From NCBI GenBank assembly GCA_964534625.1, contig CAZHRF010000001.1:3562-67561 (forward strand): DNA of 64,000 nucleotides. The letters are read 5' to 3'. This stretch comes from an uncultured archaeon (GTDB lineage: Archaea; Asgardarchaeota; Heimdallarchaeia; Heimdallarchaeales; Heimdallarchaeaceae). The first letter of the stretch is position 1. Every line of letters begins with the position of its first letter. A model generated the notes under the pieces. That model did not search any database. It worked only from the letters and a program-made list of their open reading frames with translations, and was not told the origin of the DNA. Positions 62,974-64,000 of this stretch are shown piece after piece. Made by a program: the position numbers and the translations under genes.

Positions 62974-63999
62974 TTAATAACCATATTTATTTTCTTCGTT
63001 AATTTCTTCTTTAAACTCTTCTGCAATCTGTAACTTTCTATATTCTTCAAACTTTTCTTTTGTCTTTAAAATGTTAATAATGAGAACATCCAAATCTTTA
63101 GCAAAATTTTTTATACCATCCATGTTTTTCGTAGAAAAAGTATATTTTATGTCATATTTTTCCTTAACATAATCAACATCTTTTATTGTCAGAATATCTG
63201 TCTTATTTAATGTTTTTATGGTGGGTACTTCAGGATATTCGTTTTGAATATCTTTCAAAAGGTTTAATTGCTCCTCCTTTGATAATGTTGTATCTTTACT
63301 AAAATCAAAAATAAATACTATAATGTCTGCTATATATCTTATAGTTGCAATGCTTTTTTTTTCTATCAAATTTTTCTCGGAAAATGGACGATCCAATAAT
63401 CCTGGCGTGTCCACTATTTGGGCATTCCCAAATAGTAATTTTCTATGTCCAAATATAACTTTCTTTGTAGTAAACGGATATTCTGCTATTTCCGGAGTGC
63501 CAGATGAAATTATATTGATAAGTGATGATTTACCCACATTAGGTGCACCAGCTATTACAACAGTTGGAACGCTTATATCAAAATCCGGAACTTCTTTCAA
63601 TTTTTTTATAATGTATATTAGATATTCAACATCTGATCCTATTTTTTTTAATAAAGATACAAATCTTCCACCAGCTTCTCTCCTTATTTTAGCCATGTTT
63701 TTTGGGTGTTTTGTCTCAAAAATCTGTTTAATAAGCTCTAGTTCTATTTTTTTAATTTGTTTTGAAATTCCATCGATCCTTCCAAGTATATTTTTTACTC
63801 TGTCAATATCTGCGATTAGATCACATAACTCCACGTAAAACTTGTGTAGAGTATCAATAGACGGAAATTGTTTGACAATTATATCTAATTTTTGAGTCAT
63901 TTCCTCTGCTAGTATTTCTATCCTTTGATGTTCAATAGTAGCAATTTTTTCTTCTCTTGACATTCCCTTTCTGATAGATTTTGGTTTGTGTTTGTTCAC
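62974..63999 (-). CDS. NOG1-like (MMR/HSR1 family) GTP-binding protein
   Basis: 341 aa with G1 GAPNVGKSS, G3 DTPGLLDRP and G4 LNKTD, plus a helical N-terminal domain. The listed first codon is GTG, 1 nt from the window edge, so the 5' end is uncertain. An internal ATG gives MSREEK. Confidence 0.7.
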   Translation of the reverse strand: MNKHKPKSIRKGMSREEKIATIEHQRIEILAEEMTQKLDIIVKQFPSIDTLHKFYVELCDLIADIDRVKNILGRIDGISKQIKKIELELIKQIFETKHPKNMAKIRREAGGRFVSLLKKIGSDVEYLIYIIKKLKEVPDFDISVPTVVIAGAPNVGKSSLINIISSGTPEIAEYPFTTKKVIFGHRKLLFGNAQIVDTPGLLDRPFSEKNLIEKKSIATIRYIADIIVFIFDFSKDTTLSKEEQLNLLKDIQNEYPEVPTIKTLNKTDILTIKDVDYVKEKYDIKYTFSTKNMDGIKNFAKDLDVLIINILKTKEKFEEYRKLQIAEEFKEEINEENKYGY

Positions 64000-64000
64000 T

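Overview
This is an AT-rich (roughly 30% GC) archaeal chromosomal segment in which the structural RNA genes stand out as GC-rich islands. I ran no similarity searches. All calls come from motif recognition in the ORF translations and from reading the DNA.

Gene content:
- Information processing dominates. There are two Orc1/Cdc6 paralogs, the PolD small subunit, RPA, the RFC small subunit, topoisomerase IA, TFB and Rpo3.
- Translation genes include L18e-L13-S9, L3-L4-L23-L2, EF-1alpha and an EF-2-like paralog.
- The 16S and 23S rRNA genes are unlinked, about 5.5 kb apart. Each has its own long flanking processing stem.
- There are six tRNA genes, all encoding CCA. Two carry introns, and one of those carries two.
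- RNA candidates include an RNase P RNA and an H/ACA-like hairpin.

Several eukaryote-like components suggest an Asgard (Loki-like) archaeon. These are an STT3-type oligosaccharyltransferase, an OSTC/OST3-like membrane protein, two Roadblock/LC7 proteins and a Ras/Rab-like small GTPase. This taxonomic guess is an inference from gene content, not a measured placement.

Most interesting observations:
1. A translationally coupled gene set runs from 32024 to 35576. It encodes a KaiC-like ATPase, a Roadblock protein, a FIST-like protein, a small GTPase and a small Cys protein.
2. A 335-nt ORF-less intron with a bulge-helix-bulge junction sits in the peptidyl-transferase region of the 23S rRNA.
3. 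A tRNA-Arg(CCG) gene carries a D-arm intron as well as an anticodon-loop intron.
4. The window contains dispersed eukaryote-type N-glycosylation parts.
5. The window encodes an EF-2 paralog without the diphthamide loop.

I saw no CRISPR array and no intact mobile element.
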